This document shows, in pieces, positions 36,601-51,723 of a DNA stretch of 64,000 bases. The DNA is taken from contig OX597820.1 of the NCBI GenBank assembly GCA_951406725.2, forward strand, positions 87,482,001 through 87,546,000, in the 5' to 3' direction. Made by a program: the position numbers and the translations under genes. This DNA comes from Octopus vulgaris (Eukaryota). The stretch's first letter is position 1. Each line of letters starts with the position of its first letter. Below the pieces are notes generated by a model, which worked only from the letters and a program-made list of their open reading frames with translations, did no database searches and was not told the DNA's origin.

Positions 36601-37395
36601 GTATTTCTAACTTCAGTTTTTAATTTTAAAAATATCTTGTAATGTGTTGCCTATCGCATGCTTAAATGTTTGTTTTTTAAACATATTTTGTTCACTCTTT
36701 TATTGTCATACATAACATATAAACATGTACATCTTATAGAACATTGTTATTTTATAAGATTTTGCTGGTAAATTTTTAAATTAGCATAAACATTCATTTA
36801 CATGAAAGGAAATTACCTGAGAACTTTCACCTAATTCTTCCAAATCTTTCTGCTAAAACTGTATTGAAACCATTTGTGAGGGAAAATTGTAATGTGTTTA
36901 TTGCATGTAACATGTTGTTCATCGCATTTGCATTAAATGCATATTAAAAGCTTAAAACTACTTGTTTCTTTTAGTCATTGAGGTGGTTGTGAGGTGTGTT
37001 AAAAATAACAGACAAATAACGTTTTTTTGATAAATCTTTTAAGTTCATGCTATCACATTATATACTGATTGAATGTTTCAAACTGCAAAATACATGTTGT
37101 TTGACAAATATTGTCAATGCGTGGTATTTTCCAGCTGTTGACGACAAAATGTGCAGCCATGCACAAAATGACAGCTTCCAAATCCTGTTTCTTGACTGGG
37201 TGAAAATGATCAAAATTTAAACCTCTATAACATTTTAAAAGTAATTTTCTGGAAAAAGTGAAACAACTCCAGCAATTCAGAAGAAAGGCACCCAACTATA
37301 GAAATCACACCAAATGTCATGTACAATCACTAGTCAATTGGAGAAGCAGTTCCCAATAGGAGATGACCTAGAACATTATGACCTATCCAACCCAT

Positions 37396-37658
37396 AAAAA
37401 TAAAAATAAATGCACCCTTTTAAAGCCTAGCCAGGCTCATGGGCCCAGTTTCCCGGTTTCCATGGCGTATGTGTTCCCAAGATGGATGGGACACCAGTCC
37501 ATTGCACCGTTACTCATTTTTGCCAGCTGAGTGGACTGGAGCAACATGAAATGAAGTATTTTGCTCAAAAACACAATGCATCGCCTGGTCCATGAATCGA
37601 AACCACAATCTTACGATCATGATGCTGACACCTTAACCACTAAGCCATGCACCTCCAC
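37396..37658 (-). mobile_element. SINE family C (other copies at about 35390-35510, 42700-42900 and 61155-61470)
   Basis: TSD TATCCAACCCAT. Reverse complement of 34657-34914. Confidence 0.88.
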
Positions 37659-37805
37659 TATCCAACCCATGCCAGCATGGAAAACAGATGTAGAATGATT
37701 AGGATGATGAGGATATATATGAGGCTGGGCTGAAAAATTCATAGGTTAGCTATGAAGGAGTGAGCTACAGCTGTGAAATCTTGCATGCATTAATTTCAAC
37801 TCTTC

Positions 37806-38180
37806 TTATTACCTCTGCCTTAGCAAAGGTGGAGGTATTGTTTTCATTTGTGTTTGTTTGTCTGTTTGTCTATGGACAAGATATCTCAAGAACCGCTGGA
37901 TGGATTCGGATGAAACTTTCAGGGATGTTTGGCCTCATGACTGGCACAAACTGATTAGATTTTGGGATTGATCCAGTACTGGACAAGGATTCTAGCTTAT
38001 TTTTCCATTTTTTTTTTTACTTAATTTTAGAGAGCAGTCAGGTTCATTTTTAGTATTCTCGTTTGTGAGAGCAGTCAAGTTTATTTCAGATATTCTCATT
38101 TTAATAATCATCCCTAGCTAATCATTGAAAGGACATTGGTGTTGCCTTGGCAGAGGCTTGCACTCTCTGAGTACTCTTAT
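37806..38180 (+). mobile_element. Helentron-associated (HINE/DINE-1-like) element nested in a mariner-derived remnant (about 37717-38385)
   Basis: 5' TTATTACCTCTGCCTTAGCAAAGGTGGAGG palindrome, a GTTTGTCTGTTTGT tract, and a 3' subTIR CCTTGGCAGAGG followed by the small stem-loop GCACTCTCTGAGTAC. Confidence 0.7.
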
Positions 38181-39785
38181 TAATAACTGCATTGTTCCTT
38201 TCCAGGTAAATCAACATCTCACAGTTCAATGACAACCTCAATAGTAACTAGTAGCAACTTCTCTTGAAAATGGACAAAATTTGGCATCATGATGTTATCA
38301 AGCACCTGCAGGAAAAGGACAATGATGCTGACATGGTTGCTACATTAGGGGATGACACTCCAGCTTCAGCAACAGTGGAATTGGAACATCCTTGTATCTC
38401 TTCTACAGCAAGATACTTACCTCTATCTTTCTATTATTTTTTTCACCTCTCATCAACTGACACAAAGCCACCTCCCTCAATACTACTCCCGTCACCTCAG
38501 TTGTAAGGACTTTGTCTTGATCTGCTGGTGCTGGTGCCATAAAAAAATACCCAGTACACTCTGTAAAGTGGTTGGTGTTAGGAAGGGCACCCAACTGTAG
38601 AAACCATGCCAAACCAGACGACAAGCCTGTTACAGCCCACTGACTTACCATATCAAACCATCCAACCCATGCCAGCATGGAGAATAGATGTTAAATGATG
38701 ATATATATGTACGTATGTATGTTTTATGCTCATAAGGGTATATGTATGCATGTTTGATGTGTGTGTATGTGTGTGTGTGTGTGTGGTACCAGCACTACTT
38801 TCTCTTTCTCTTCACTAGCATTGGAGCTATGTAAAAACTACCAAGTTCACTCTGTGAAGTGGTTGGCTTTAGGGAACCATGACAAAGCAGACACTGAAAC
38901 TTGGCACAGTCTGTTGGCCTGTCAGCTCCTGTCAAACAGTCCAGCCCATGCCAGCATAGAAAATAGATGATAAACAGCAATGACGATTTTTGATGATGAT
39001 GATGGTGATGATGATGATGATGATGATGATGTATGTGATTTCACACTTTTTCTGGCTCTGGTTATTAGATTGTATTATTAGTCTTTCTGAAGTCTCACAT
39101 GAAAACAAACACACACATATTGTGTCGGTGTGGTGTATATGTTTCATTCATCTATTGTGTTACATTTTGATTTAATATTGCAATAATATTTGATGCCTGT
39201 ATTTTGGGAAGAGTAAAATTTGAAATACTTTATGAGAGAAAAAAAAAATGAAAATAGATTATAAAAGAAAAGACAAAGAAAGAGGAGGAAGGTTCAAACT
39301 ATTTTTTTTTAATTGCCTCAAGGATTTGTCTGGAATGTTACACAATAATTTTCATTCTTGTTTCAATGCTCATATATAATAAAGATATGGATTTATTAAT
39401 AAATACGCATTTGCTTAATGTCACCAAGTACATGTAATGAGATCTCTTTGTTGAGGCAAATTTAGTAAACTTCGAGTTAATCACGCATGCATATATATAT
39501 ATATTTAATAATATATTATTATTAATATTAGGAAATCAATATCAGAAAACTCCTCAGAAAGATATACACGTGTGAAAAATAATTGTTGTATTAAATATAC
39601 AAATAAATCAATATACATAGGTATAAAAATATATGTAAATATGTATAAGTATAAATATATAATGTATATGACAGTTTAAAGGTTTTGAATTAAGTATTTA
39701 AGTATTTGAATTAGGTATTTAAAGCATCTTACAATGCTTTAAATACTGAATTCAAAACTTTTAAACTGTCATATATATATATATA

Positions 39786-40135
39786 GGTGCAGGAGTGGCT
39801 GTATGGTAAGTAGCCATAGGCGCAGGAGTGGCTGTGTGGTAAGTAGCTTGCTTACCAACCACATGGTTCTGGGTTCATTCCCACTGCATGGCACCTTCAG
39901 CAAGTGTCTTCTACTATAGCCTCGGGCCGACCAAAGCCTTGTGAGTGGATTTGGTAGAAGGAAACTGAAAGAAGTTCATCGTATATATGTATATATATGT
40001 ATGTGTGTGTATATGTTTGTGTGTCTGTGTTTGTCCCCCCAACATCGCTTGATAACCGATGCTGGTGTGTTTACATCCCCATAACTTAACGATTCGGTAA
40101 AAGGGACTGATAGAATAATTACTAGGCTTACAAAG
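39786..40135 (+). mobile_element. SINE family B with a duplicated 32-bp head
   Basis: atagg(t/c)gcaggagtggctgt(a/g)tggtaagtagc occurs twice, followed by the full body. Confidence 0.88.
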
Positions 40136-42982
40136 TCTCCTCTTTGTAGACAATAGATGCAATTTGAGGGCTGTTTGACAGCTATTTCTAGGCACCTTCA
40201 TTGTAAGTTACATGACACAGTTACTAATTCTTCTTGTTTCATAATCTTCACTCGATAGGAGTGTGTAAGCCCTCCATAATACTGGGATAATTGTTCTATG
40301 AGAGATTCTTAAATATCTGATTTGTTTACCACCAAACAGAGCCAAAAACAAAAATATTAATAACAGTATCACTGGTTATGTAAGTATTCAATAATACAAC
40401 TGTTGACCAGAAACTCCATATCCATTTATCCAGGGTCAAATTTCTTGAAATTTTTCAGCAGAATATTCACAATATTGCGTCCTTATAAAACCAATGTTAC
40501 ATAATAACAAATAAACAAAATATAAATTGAGTTTAAAAGAAAACATCGACAGAAATGTATAAATAAAATACAAATGTCCAACTTAAATAAGTTTTAACAA
40601 AAATATTCCTGATAATGGCTATTGTGCACAACATTAACCCTTTCACTTTTCAAAACACCATACCTCATCACCTGACTATCTATTAATATTAAACAATGAA
40701 TAAATCAAAGAACACAGAAGCATTTATGCTAAAACATTTTCAAAAGGTTTTTGAAATACCATAAATAATAGATGACTTATTATGCAATAAATCTCTTTGA
40801 CTAAGATGAAATAGTTCAAACTATTTGAATCAGAATTGTGTATCTAAAAAAATCCAAACTTAATTTAGATTCAATAAAAGCTATGAAGGAATTTCTATGA
40901 AATATTTATCTAATGACAAATGGCAGCTTAGATTTTAATACTGTATGTATTGAATATACTAACACCTACTTAATTAGTTTCATAGTAATGTCAGTATTAA
41001 ATAATTTAGTGTGCTAAGCATTAATTACATAATAATATATTCAAAATAGTTATCTGGTGATGAGTAAAAGATAACATTGCATCAATGACTATTATTATGT
41101 TATTTTGGCCCTTTAGCATTTAGAAACCAACCATATCCAGCCAAAATATTCAACTTGCTTTATGTTTAAACTGGCCAGCTCTGGCTCTCACATCTACCCA
41201 ATAATGTCATTCTTAAAAAATAAACAATCACATCATCGAAATCTTAAAGCTACACGATAATGCATGACTAATTCAAAACAATGTGAATAAATAAGTGATA
41301 CATTTGACAGGGTAATCTGAACACAAAAGGGTGAAATACAGTATTTTAAATTTCCTCTTTGCCAACCTTTCTTCAACTGGCATAAAACCACTTCTCTCAA
41401 TACTACACCCTACTCAGCTGAGAGATCTTGTCTTGCGAGTTACTTGGTGACTTCACCAGTACCAGTGCTACACAATAAGCATTCAGTATACTCTGTGAAG
41501 AGGTTGCTATTAAGAAGGACATCCAGCCACAGAACCCATGCCAAAGTAGACAGTGGAGCTTGGTGCAATCCTCGGGCTGTCAGTTCTCATCAAGCCATCC
41601 AACCCATACCAGTATAGGAAAACTAATTTTAAATGACATTGATATACACACACACATATATATATACTCACATATGTATATATAGATATGTTTATGTATT
41701 TGTTTTGCAAGATTCTTGATGTGAAATCATGTGTTGAAACAGATATTGTTATACTGTGGAATGGACATATTTTGCCAATTAAACATGTGTGTTTAATTGG
41801 CAAAATATGACCTTCCTCAAACATAACAATGTATATAGATTGATAAATAGATAGGCAGAGGTGTTTGTGTGTATGTGTTTATCATAACTTTGCATGCTAT
41901 TTGGTAGTGGTGATAGTGGGGATGTGTGTTGGTTGTGGTGGTGGTGGTGGTGGTGGTGGTGATGATGATGATGATGATGATGGTGATGGTGATGGTGATG
42001 GTGATGATGGTGATGAACAGAAAGGAGGCAATACTTATATTCTTCATTTTGTTATAAAACTGCTCTCTCCATTTTCTATAGAATATTTCAAAATTATTTC
42101 AACCATAATAAGAATTTAATTCCAAAGAATTTTGTCAGGGAATTATCTATAATTTTCTTTTTTTACTTTATATTTCACATGACTGCATAGTTGGAATAGA
42201 AATGCTTGGCTTTTGTTCCATACCATAATCTGTTGACTAAATTGGTATTCGTTCTAGATGTATTGTTTCATTATTTTCCTGTATTTAATTGCACTCATTT
42301 ATCAAATATAGTTTGATGACACTTCTTTTATCTTTCACTTGTTTTAGTCATTCAACTGTGACCATGCTGGAGCACTGCTTTGAAGAGTTTAGCCAAGTTT
42401 AGCCAAACAAAATCGACCTCAGTACTTATTTTTAAGTTTGGTGCTTATTCTATTGGTCTCTTTTGCTGAACTGCTAAATTATGGGGATGTAAACAAACCA
42501 TCATCGATTCGAAGTGGTGGTAGAGAACAAACACAAGACTGGTACTTATTCCATTAGTCTCTTTTGCTGAACCGCTAAATTATGGGGATGTAAACAAACC
42601 ATCATCGATTTGAAGTGGTGGTAGAGAACAAACACAAAGACACATACACATCATATATAGTTATATGGACATTACTGTCTTGAATCCACAGATTCATAGA
42701 GCTAGTTACCTGGTTTCCATGGTGTATGAATGACCAAGATCCAAATGGGATGTCAGCCCATTGCAAAGTTAATTATTTTCAGCTAAGTGGACTGGAGCAA
42801 TGTGAAATGAAGTGTCTTGCTCAAGAACCTAACACATCACTTGATCCAGGAATCAAAACCACAATCTTGCAATCATGAGTGCATTACTCTAACTACTAGG
42901 TTAAGTACCTTCATCATATATACATACATGCATACATACATATACATACATACATACATACATACATACATACATACATACA

Positions 42983-43036
<54 letters not shown>

Positions 43037-43305
43037 TAGAAACACTGCCAGATCAGACTGGAGCCTGGTGCAGCCATCTGGTTTGCCAGCCCTCTTTCAT
43101 TTGTCCAATCCATGCTAGCATGGAAAGCTGACGTTTAATGATGATGATGATGATGATGATATATATATAGTCAATTATGCTAGGTGGCTGGCGTTAAGAA
43201 GGATATCAAGCCATACAAATCCTGCCAAAACAGTCACAGAAGTCTGGTGCAGGCTTCTACCTAACCACCCATGCTAGCATGGAAGGTGAACATTAAATGA
43301 TGATG

Positions 43306-43341
<36 letters not shown>

Positions 43342-45074
43342 GTTTGTGTATTTCATATATATACATATATATATTTATATCACTCACACACACACATGTA
43401 TCGTCAGTAATCCATATATCTGAAAAAGAAGCACACTCTAAAACATTAGAGCAGTAATATATTCAGAAGGTTGAATGCTATGGCCAGAAGGTTGGTTTTG
43501 CACCTATAAAGCAATCTGACAAGTCATCCATACGACCAAGTGCTTTATAGCTGTGAAACCAATGGTCACTTTCTGATCAGTCATAATATTCAACTTTCTA
43601 AACATATATGAGGGACTTATTATTCCATCTACCAGATTAACTTACAAGACATTGGTCAGCCTGGCGCTATTGGAGAAGACACTTGCCTAAGGTGCCACAC
43701 AGCAAGACTGACCCCAAAACTACATAGCTATAAACAAATCTCTTTACCACACAGCCATGCCTGTGCCCATAAATTTAAACCAAAATTCCATTTTAAAAAC
43801 ATGAGAACATAATAAGAGAAGGAATACTTAAGTCTGAGTTCAAAATAGGCTGAAAATGAATCCTTTACCATTTTTAATGTCTGCTATTTCAATTGTTAAA
43901 CTGGTGGGCAAGTGATCAAGTATTCATCTGATACATGTACACTTAACATAATCCTTTGGTAAAACCAGTATGACAAAATAGGTTACATATATATTTTGCA
44001 TTAAATAAAATTATAATCTGAGGTGTTTGGAAGTTCTTAACCTAATTTCTGCAGTAAAAGCAAAAACTTCCTGAATTACATTTTGTCCTAGAATATTATC
44101 AATAGTAGATTTCAAGGCCATTCAACAAAGAACCTATAGAAATAAATCTTTACTTTCTCCCTGGTGGATCAATTTTTGCATTGAGCAGGCTAACAAGGAA
44201 GCCTTTACATAATTGTTGGATCTGCTAGAAATAGCAGCTAACTATCCATCTTATCATACCACAACCATCTTAGAAAAACTGAGATACATAAAAAAATTTA
44301 GTTCTTGACATACAAAAAAGATAGCCTGTTCCTGTACCACATGTATCATTGATTATGCTATCACATCCAGTTAAAATTTGTACATAGTCTTTTACTTATT
44401 ATATATGAAGCATCCAGATATTGACCATGCAAAGGCATTCATTTATGGTTGTTTACTGCAGTTGATTTATGTGGTATGACTTCCAAAGATTCTGCTGCTG
44501 ACCTTCAAAGTGTAAACAATTTCTGGTGAGAAGTGAGTTGCTGTACATGTAATCAATTTGCTATTTCCATTTTGATCATAATCAACAAGATATAGCCAGC
44601 CTTCTTTTATGTTTAGGAGGGTTGTGGGCAGCAGTAATAACTGCTTTCTTATTTTGCTCCTTAAGGTCAATATTTTCATATCACATTGCCTTCTAGAGAT
44701 GTACAGTCTAAGGTTATTAAATGTATTGTGTAGTACATGTTTTTATTTAATAGATTTCTAAAATCTAGTCTATGGAATTTAGTTTTATCATACTTCAGTC
44801 CAATGCCATAGAGCATATTTTATGGCTAAAATTGCAAATGTAATGGAGAAGATAAAATTTGTGTTATTAACATGAAATTTTCACATAAGTTTTCACTCTT
44901 TCAAAGTATGTATTTTAAAATCTTGTTAGAATATCTATTACACATGCAGTTTTACTGGCATATATCCCCAAATATTTGTAGAAGGCTGAACTGTCCAGCT
45001 CCTAAACTTTCACTTTTTCTGGGCCCCTAAACCCACTGTTCCATTAGTTGATTTTGCTACATTTTAGCAAGAAC

Positions 45075-45600
45075 TGTTGAAGAACATCCCTCACAGATTG
45101 GAATATGGGAGAGCTGTGTTGGCCTATATTGATGATTTCACAATGATGGTATCAGAGACCATGAAAGTGGAGGTGGTCAACACCATTCTACGGGAATATG
45201 AGGTGGTGACAGAAGCGAAATTAAATCTGGACAAATCAGTGGGCTTGCATCTTGGCATCTAAGAGAGACAAGTCTATACTGTCAGACAACATTGTGGGAC
45301 AATGAATAGATAAAGTGGTTAACCTGATCAGGGTCTGATTCAATCCAGATCTTTGGGTGAACACGAACTAGGATAAGGTTATGAGCTGAGTGACTGGCTT
45401 CGTCCAGTAATCAACCAAGAGGGAAACTGAGCTGAAGGTGATCTACCATTGCTTCCCTTATAATTTACTGCCTGGTCATACCTTGTCCCTGGTTCATATC
45501 TGACTATACTGGAGCATCTGCTCTACTGCATCCTGTTGATGAGACATGTTCATCTGTTGCTAGTGTCATGGCTGCTGAAGCATTGTCACATGCTGTTGTG
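45075..45600 (+). mobile_element. Tx1-type LINE RT fragment (same family as 31940-33785)
   Basis: AVLAYIDDFTMMV...ILREYEVVTEAKLNLDKSVGLHLG. Confidence 0.75.
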
Positions 45601-45719
45601 TAAAACAGTATCTCCTCCATGAGCCAAGGTAGATCCTACAAAACTATAGGTGCAGTATTCAAAACTGCACAAAAAAATGGCGTGAGATAGTATGCTACCA
45701 TAATATACTATCATGGTTA

Positions 45720-46168
45720 AGGTGGCGAGCTGGCAGAAATGTTAGCATGCCGGGCAAAATGCATAGCCGTATTTCATCTGCCATCACATTCTGAGTTCAA
45801 ATTCCGCCGAGGTCGACTTTGCTTTTCATCCTTTCGGGGTCGATAAATTAAGTACCAGTTAAGCACTGGGGGTCGATATAATTGACTTAATCCATTTGTC
45901 TGTCCTTGTTTGTCCTCTCTGTGTTTAGCTCCTTGTGGGTAGTACAGAAAAAGGTGATGAGCTGGCAGTGTCATGAGTACACTTGACAAAATGCTTAATA
46001 TGTTTTCATCTGTCTCTATGTTCTGAGTTCAAATACTGTCAAAGTTGGCTTTACCTTTTTATCTTTCAGGGTTCGATGAAATAAGTACTAGTTGAGCACT
46101 AGGGGCTAATGTAATTGATGAAGGCCCTCACCTGAAGTTGCTGGTCTCGTACCAAAATTTGAAACCAG
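45720..46168 (+). mobile_element. Two head-to-tail family A SINEs
   Basis: Heads at about 45720 and 45953, with different tails. Confidence 0.85.
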
Positions 46169-46963
46169 TATATTGTCATGGTTAGGGTTACACAAGGTTC
46201 AAAGTAAATTATATTGGTGTTGACATTGATACTTGGTTTATTGTTACTTTTGTGATGTTTGGTCTGATGTGATTGAATCTCTATCTAAATTCTAGATTTC
46301 CTTTTATATTCAGTTTGGTCTCCTGACATAAAAACATTTTGCCAGTAAGAATGTACATGGAATATCTCTACTCTTAATCTCTCTACGCATAACTATAAGA
46401 TAAGCTCTTTTCATAATGTGTGTGTGTGTATGTGCATGTGTATATGTGTGTGTATGCATGCATATGTGTGTTTGTGTGTACCTTCGTCTTGACATCACAT
46501 GGTGGTTCTTGAAGAGCATTATTGTCATACAAACAATGTTATTAATTTTGAGTCATCTGTGTGAAAAAAAAAATACCATGTCCAGCTATGGAGAAATATT
46601 GCCTTGCTTGGAAACAGATGAAGGTTGGTAACAGAAAGGATATCTGACTGTAGAAAATCTGCTGCACTGAATTCCATTTGGCCCATGTAGACATGTAAAA
46701 GTTGATGTTAAAAAAAATTATGACAGCACTGATTCATAAAAATAATCAGTCATATGAGGTACTGCAAATTATAAAAAGTATTTGAGGTATCTGATGACAC
46801 ACTGTAGTTATAGAAGCCTATTGTTACATAGTTATTTACAAACTACAAGATTCTAAATAAACAGACCAACACGGCTGTACTCAGAATCTACAGAGCATAA
46901 AATGTATTACATTTCACACGCTGATGAATCTACATTCAGCTGTGCTGGTCTCTAGGTGAAACA

Positions 46964-47032
<69 letters not shown>

Positions 47033-47482
47033 TGTGTGTGTGTATTTGTGTAAGCGCATTTGATTTTGCAAGTGAAAGAGAACGTGACATATAAAGCACA
47101 ATACATCTATATATACATGCATACATACATATATAGATATATTCGCCAAGTTGGACCGCTGAAATCTACAAGTTTTTTCATTCCCTCTCTGTTTATTTTC
47201 TCTTATTTCTTTCTGTTGAAGTGTGTAGGCTTGAAATGTAAAATTCTTTTTCATTTTTCCCGAGCGTCAAACTAATACACTTGCTTGTTGGTCATACAAC
47301 TTTCTTTATCTTGTTTTTCTATAAATTTCAACTATATGTACGTACGTATGTATGTAGTATATATGTAGGTATGTGTGCATATATATGTTTATTTGTGCAT
47401 ATATATATATAAATGTATATATGTATGTACATATATATATGTGTGTGTGTGTGTGTATGTATATTTATATATACACATATAT

Positions 47483-48134
47483 ATGATTGGAAGTCAAAGA
47501 TTATTTGCACTTTCACCATGACATATCTTTATTATTGTCACACTGCCTTCTGCGCATGCATACTTATAGTTGGTACTATTGTGGTCACATGATCGAAGTT
47601 TGAGCCTGATCCTGCCATTTTTCTTTCTGGTTTCACAGAGTAAGTATGGCTGCTCCACTAGCAATGTGCACCAAAGAAGAACAAAGAGCAGTGATCTGAC
47701 TTCTGTAGTCGAAAGGTGTGTCAGGTACTGAAATTCATCAGTGGCTTTTAGCTCAATAGGGGGACAGTTTTCTACCATGTAGAAGTGCGTATGAGTGTAT
47801 CAAGAAGTTTAAAAGTGGTCGGACAAGTGTGATGCATGAAGAGGGAACAGGACGCCCGTCAACCTCCACCACTGATGGGAAGATTCAGCAAGCTTAAGAG
47901 GTGGTAATGGTGAACCTCTAGGATCCCTGGTCTTTGTTCTTCTTTGTTGCCCATTGCTAGTGGAGCAGCGAGGCTTACACTGTAAAGCCAGAAAGAAAAA
48001 TAGTGTGATCAGGCTCGAACTTCAATCACATGACCACGGTAGTACCAACTATAAGCATGCATTTACAGAGGGTGGTGTGACAATAATAAAGATATGTTAT
48101 GGCAAAAGTGTGAATAATTTTTGACTTCCCGTCA
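47483..48134. mobile_element. Mariner-derived foldback element with inverted arms of about 190 bp
   Basis: 47483-47680 is inverted at about 47935-48134. The centre encodes YECIKKFKSGRTSVMHEEGTGRPSTS, the mariner HTH/GRP motif. Confidence 0.85.
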
Positions 48135-48336
48135 CACACACATGCACACACACATACATATATATATATATACATATTTATGTATTGGGTATAGCCTGGT
48201 TAAACACACTACCAGCACAGAAACACGTGTAGAGTTGATTAAAAATATTTTCTTTCCCACAACTAATAACAGATAAGGTATATATATTTTTTCAAATAAT
48301 TAAAAAAAAATTTTCTTTTAATTAATTTTATTGTGT

Positions 48337-48515
48337 CTGCGCATGCGCGAAAGTGTGACTGCGCATGCGTGAAAGTGTGTCTGCGCATGTGCGAATGTGT
48401 GCATGCGCGTGCGCAAAAGTATGACTGCGCATGCACGAAAGTGTACGTGCACATGCGCGAACGTGTGACTGCGCATGCGCGAAAGTGTGTGCAATCACAC
48501 TTTCGCGCATGCGCA
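48337..48515. repeat. 22-bp minisatellite (CTGCGCATGCGCGAAAGTGTGA), about 7 copies plus one inverted copy
   Basis: Seen directly. The last unit folds back across a TGCAAT loop. Confidence 0.88.
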
Positions 48516-50470
48516 CGCACACATATATATACACATATATATATATACATATATATACATATATATAACATATATATAACATATATATATACATATACAC
48601 ATATACATATATACATATACACATATACATATACACATATACATATACACATATACATGTACACATATCCATATATACATATACATATATACATATACAT
48701 ATATACATATACATATATACATATACATATATACATATATATACATATATACATATACATATATACATATATATATACATATATATATACATATATATAT
48801 ATACATATATATATATATACATATACATATATATATATATATATATACATATATACATATACATATATATATATATATATTGCTTGTGCGTTGTGTGCGT
48901 GAGCGCGCTTCGTGTGTGTGGGCTTGCTTCGGATGTGCGCTTGCGTATGACTGCATACATACCCACACACTCGCATGCATCCCTACCCACATACATACAC
49001 GCACACCTACTCACACACACACATACACACACACACATACCCGCACACACACACACACATACATACATACACACACATACCCACTTCAGACATACACACA
49101 CACAGACATACACCCATACACCCACACTCACACGCATACACACACACACATACACACGCACACGTACACATACACACACACACACACCCACATACATACA
49201 TTACACTTGTATACACACACACTTACATTCATACACACACACACCTACACAGCCATACCCTCACTCAGACACACACATCTACCTACACACACACAAACAC
49301 ACACTGACACACACCCATACATACATACATCTACACACTCACGCCTACACACATACATACACACATACATAAACACACACACATACACATACACACATAC
49401 GCACACACGCATATACTTATACACATGCACACACACACACATACATACATACACCCATATACATACACACACACATACCTACATACTCCTATACGCACAT
49501 ACATACACACAGACATACACACATACACACTCACACAAACATACACACACACATACTTACACACACACTCACCTGCACGCGCACACACATGCATGACAAA
49601 CACTCATACACTCACACTCACATACGCACACACCAACATAAACACGCACACGCACACACACACCTACACTCCCACACACATACACACGCACCTACATACA
49701 CACACGCACGCATACACACGCATACACACATACATTACACACGTACACACACACCTACATACACATGCATACACACACACACACAAACATGCACGGACAC
49801 ACCCAGACATACATACATACACCTATATACACACGCCTACACACCTACATACACACACATATACACACGCCCACACAGCTACATACACACACATACATAC
49901 ACACATACACGGACACACCTATACATACTTACATACATACACCTATACACACACGCCTACACACCTACACACACACATGCACACACACACACATGTACGC
50001 ACATACACACACATATACGCACACACATATATACCCACACACATGCACACACACACACATACGCACATACATGCACGCATGCACACGCGCACACCTACAC
50101 GCATACACACACACACACGCACGTACACATACATACATACACACACGCATACATACACCCATACACATACATGCATCCTACACACACATACATACACACT
50201 CACACATACATACACACACACGCACTCACTCACACACCTGTATGTTCGCGCACACACATGCACATACACACACCTCCCCACACCCACACGTACATACATA
50301 CACACTCATACACACATACACACACACACACACACACATACGGACATACATCTATGCACACACATATATACACACATACTCACATACATTCATCGGACAC
50401 ACTGCCACCCAGACATACACACAGACACACTCACACATCCACACGCACACATACGTACGCGCACACTCGC
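48516..50470. repeat. About 2 kb of degenerate (TA)/(CA) purine-pyrimidine simple sequence
   Basis: Seen directly; explains the long His/Thr/Tyr ORFs. Confidence 0.95.
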
Positions 50471-51059
50471 AGGCTCGCGCACACACGCGTTTGCGCCGGT
50501 TCGCGCACGCATGCGCCCCGCATGCACCTCGCCCTTGGACCCGACGAGACCTCCCGCCCGTTCCTGGGATGTCGCTTGTCGTTGGGTTTTCCCACGCTCG
50601 TCTCCGCGGGACCACTCTTCCATCTTCCCCTCCGCTGGAGTCCTTTTCCTAACCCCCCCCCCCTTTTTTTCGTTACACACACGCGCACACATATACACAC
50701 ATTGCTTAAACATATACATCACTTTTACACACATTCAATCAACTCGCCACTAATACTACCACGACACTGGACACACACACACACTACTACTCAACACACG
50801 CTGGCACGCTACATACGCCCCCACCCCTTTCCCTCCCTCCCTTCCTCCTTCCTCCCTTTTCTCACTACTGACCTTTGTCTGCTATGCTGCTGCTATGCTG
50901 ACCACCGTCTCGCCCTACCTCACACGCCTACACACAGACGCACACACTAACACATACATATATTTTTTGTTTTTTTTACCTCGCCTCACACACACACATA
51001 CACACACGCACACGCACACACTCACACATACACACACATCTGTTGCGTTACCAACCTTG

Positions 51060-51330
51060 TCTCCACTCTTTTGCCTTTAAAAACCCACTTTGCTCTTGTT
51101 ATCGTCAACATCCGCCTTTCACCATGTGCTACTCCTAACACCAGCCGTTTTTTTCTCTATCTCCGTTGCCCGCTCCGGGATCTTTCTTTCCTCTCTCTTC
51201 CTTCTTTATGTTTCCGACGAAGAGCTCCGCTCGAAACGTCATACCTCCCTGCTTCCATTTCCTGAGCGCCTATTAATAATAATACTGTAATTGTTCCCTT
51301 GTTGTTGTTTTTTTGTTTCCCGTTTGGATT

Positions 51331-51335
<5 letters not shown>
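51060..51335 (+). mobile_element. Penelope-associated short element, copy 3 (diverged), with a hammerhead variant at 51210-51244
   Basis: GTTT-CCGACGA-A-GAGC(TCC)GCTC-GAAA-CG-TC-ATAC. Shares the ctgagcg...aata...gtttggatt 3' end and runs into (TA)n. Confidence 0.68.
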
Positions 51336-51397
<62 letters not shown>

Positions 51398-51398
51398 C

Positions 51399-51431
<33 letters not shown>

Positions 51432-51455
51432 CATAAATATATATATATATACATG

Positions 51456-51494
<39 letters not shown>

Positions 51495-51608
51495 GATGAA
51501 TTAATTGCATGGCAATTTTTAACATTTATGTATTAGTCTTGTTGGGTACCTCTCTAGCAGTATATTGGATATATGTTATCCCATGGTGGGTTGAATTTTC
51601 AACCCCTA

Positions 51609-51659
<51 letters not shown>

Positions 51660-51666
51660 CATATAC

Positions 51667-51718
<52 letters not shown>

Positions 51719-51723
51719 ATATA

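Noticed and set aside
48263-50950. Long ORFs (up to 453 aa) rich in His/Thr/Tyr or Val/Cys/Met
   Set aside because: They are translations of (CA)/(TA) simple repeats, which lack stop codons by composition. The same applies at 1911-2099, 13839-14384, 42817-43131, 46914-47254, 51157-51776 and 62695-62898.
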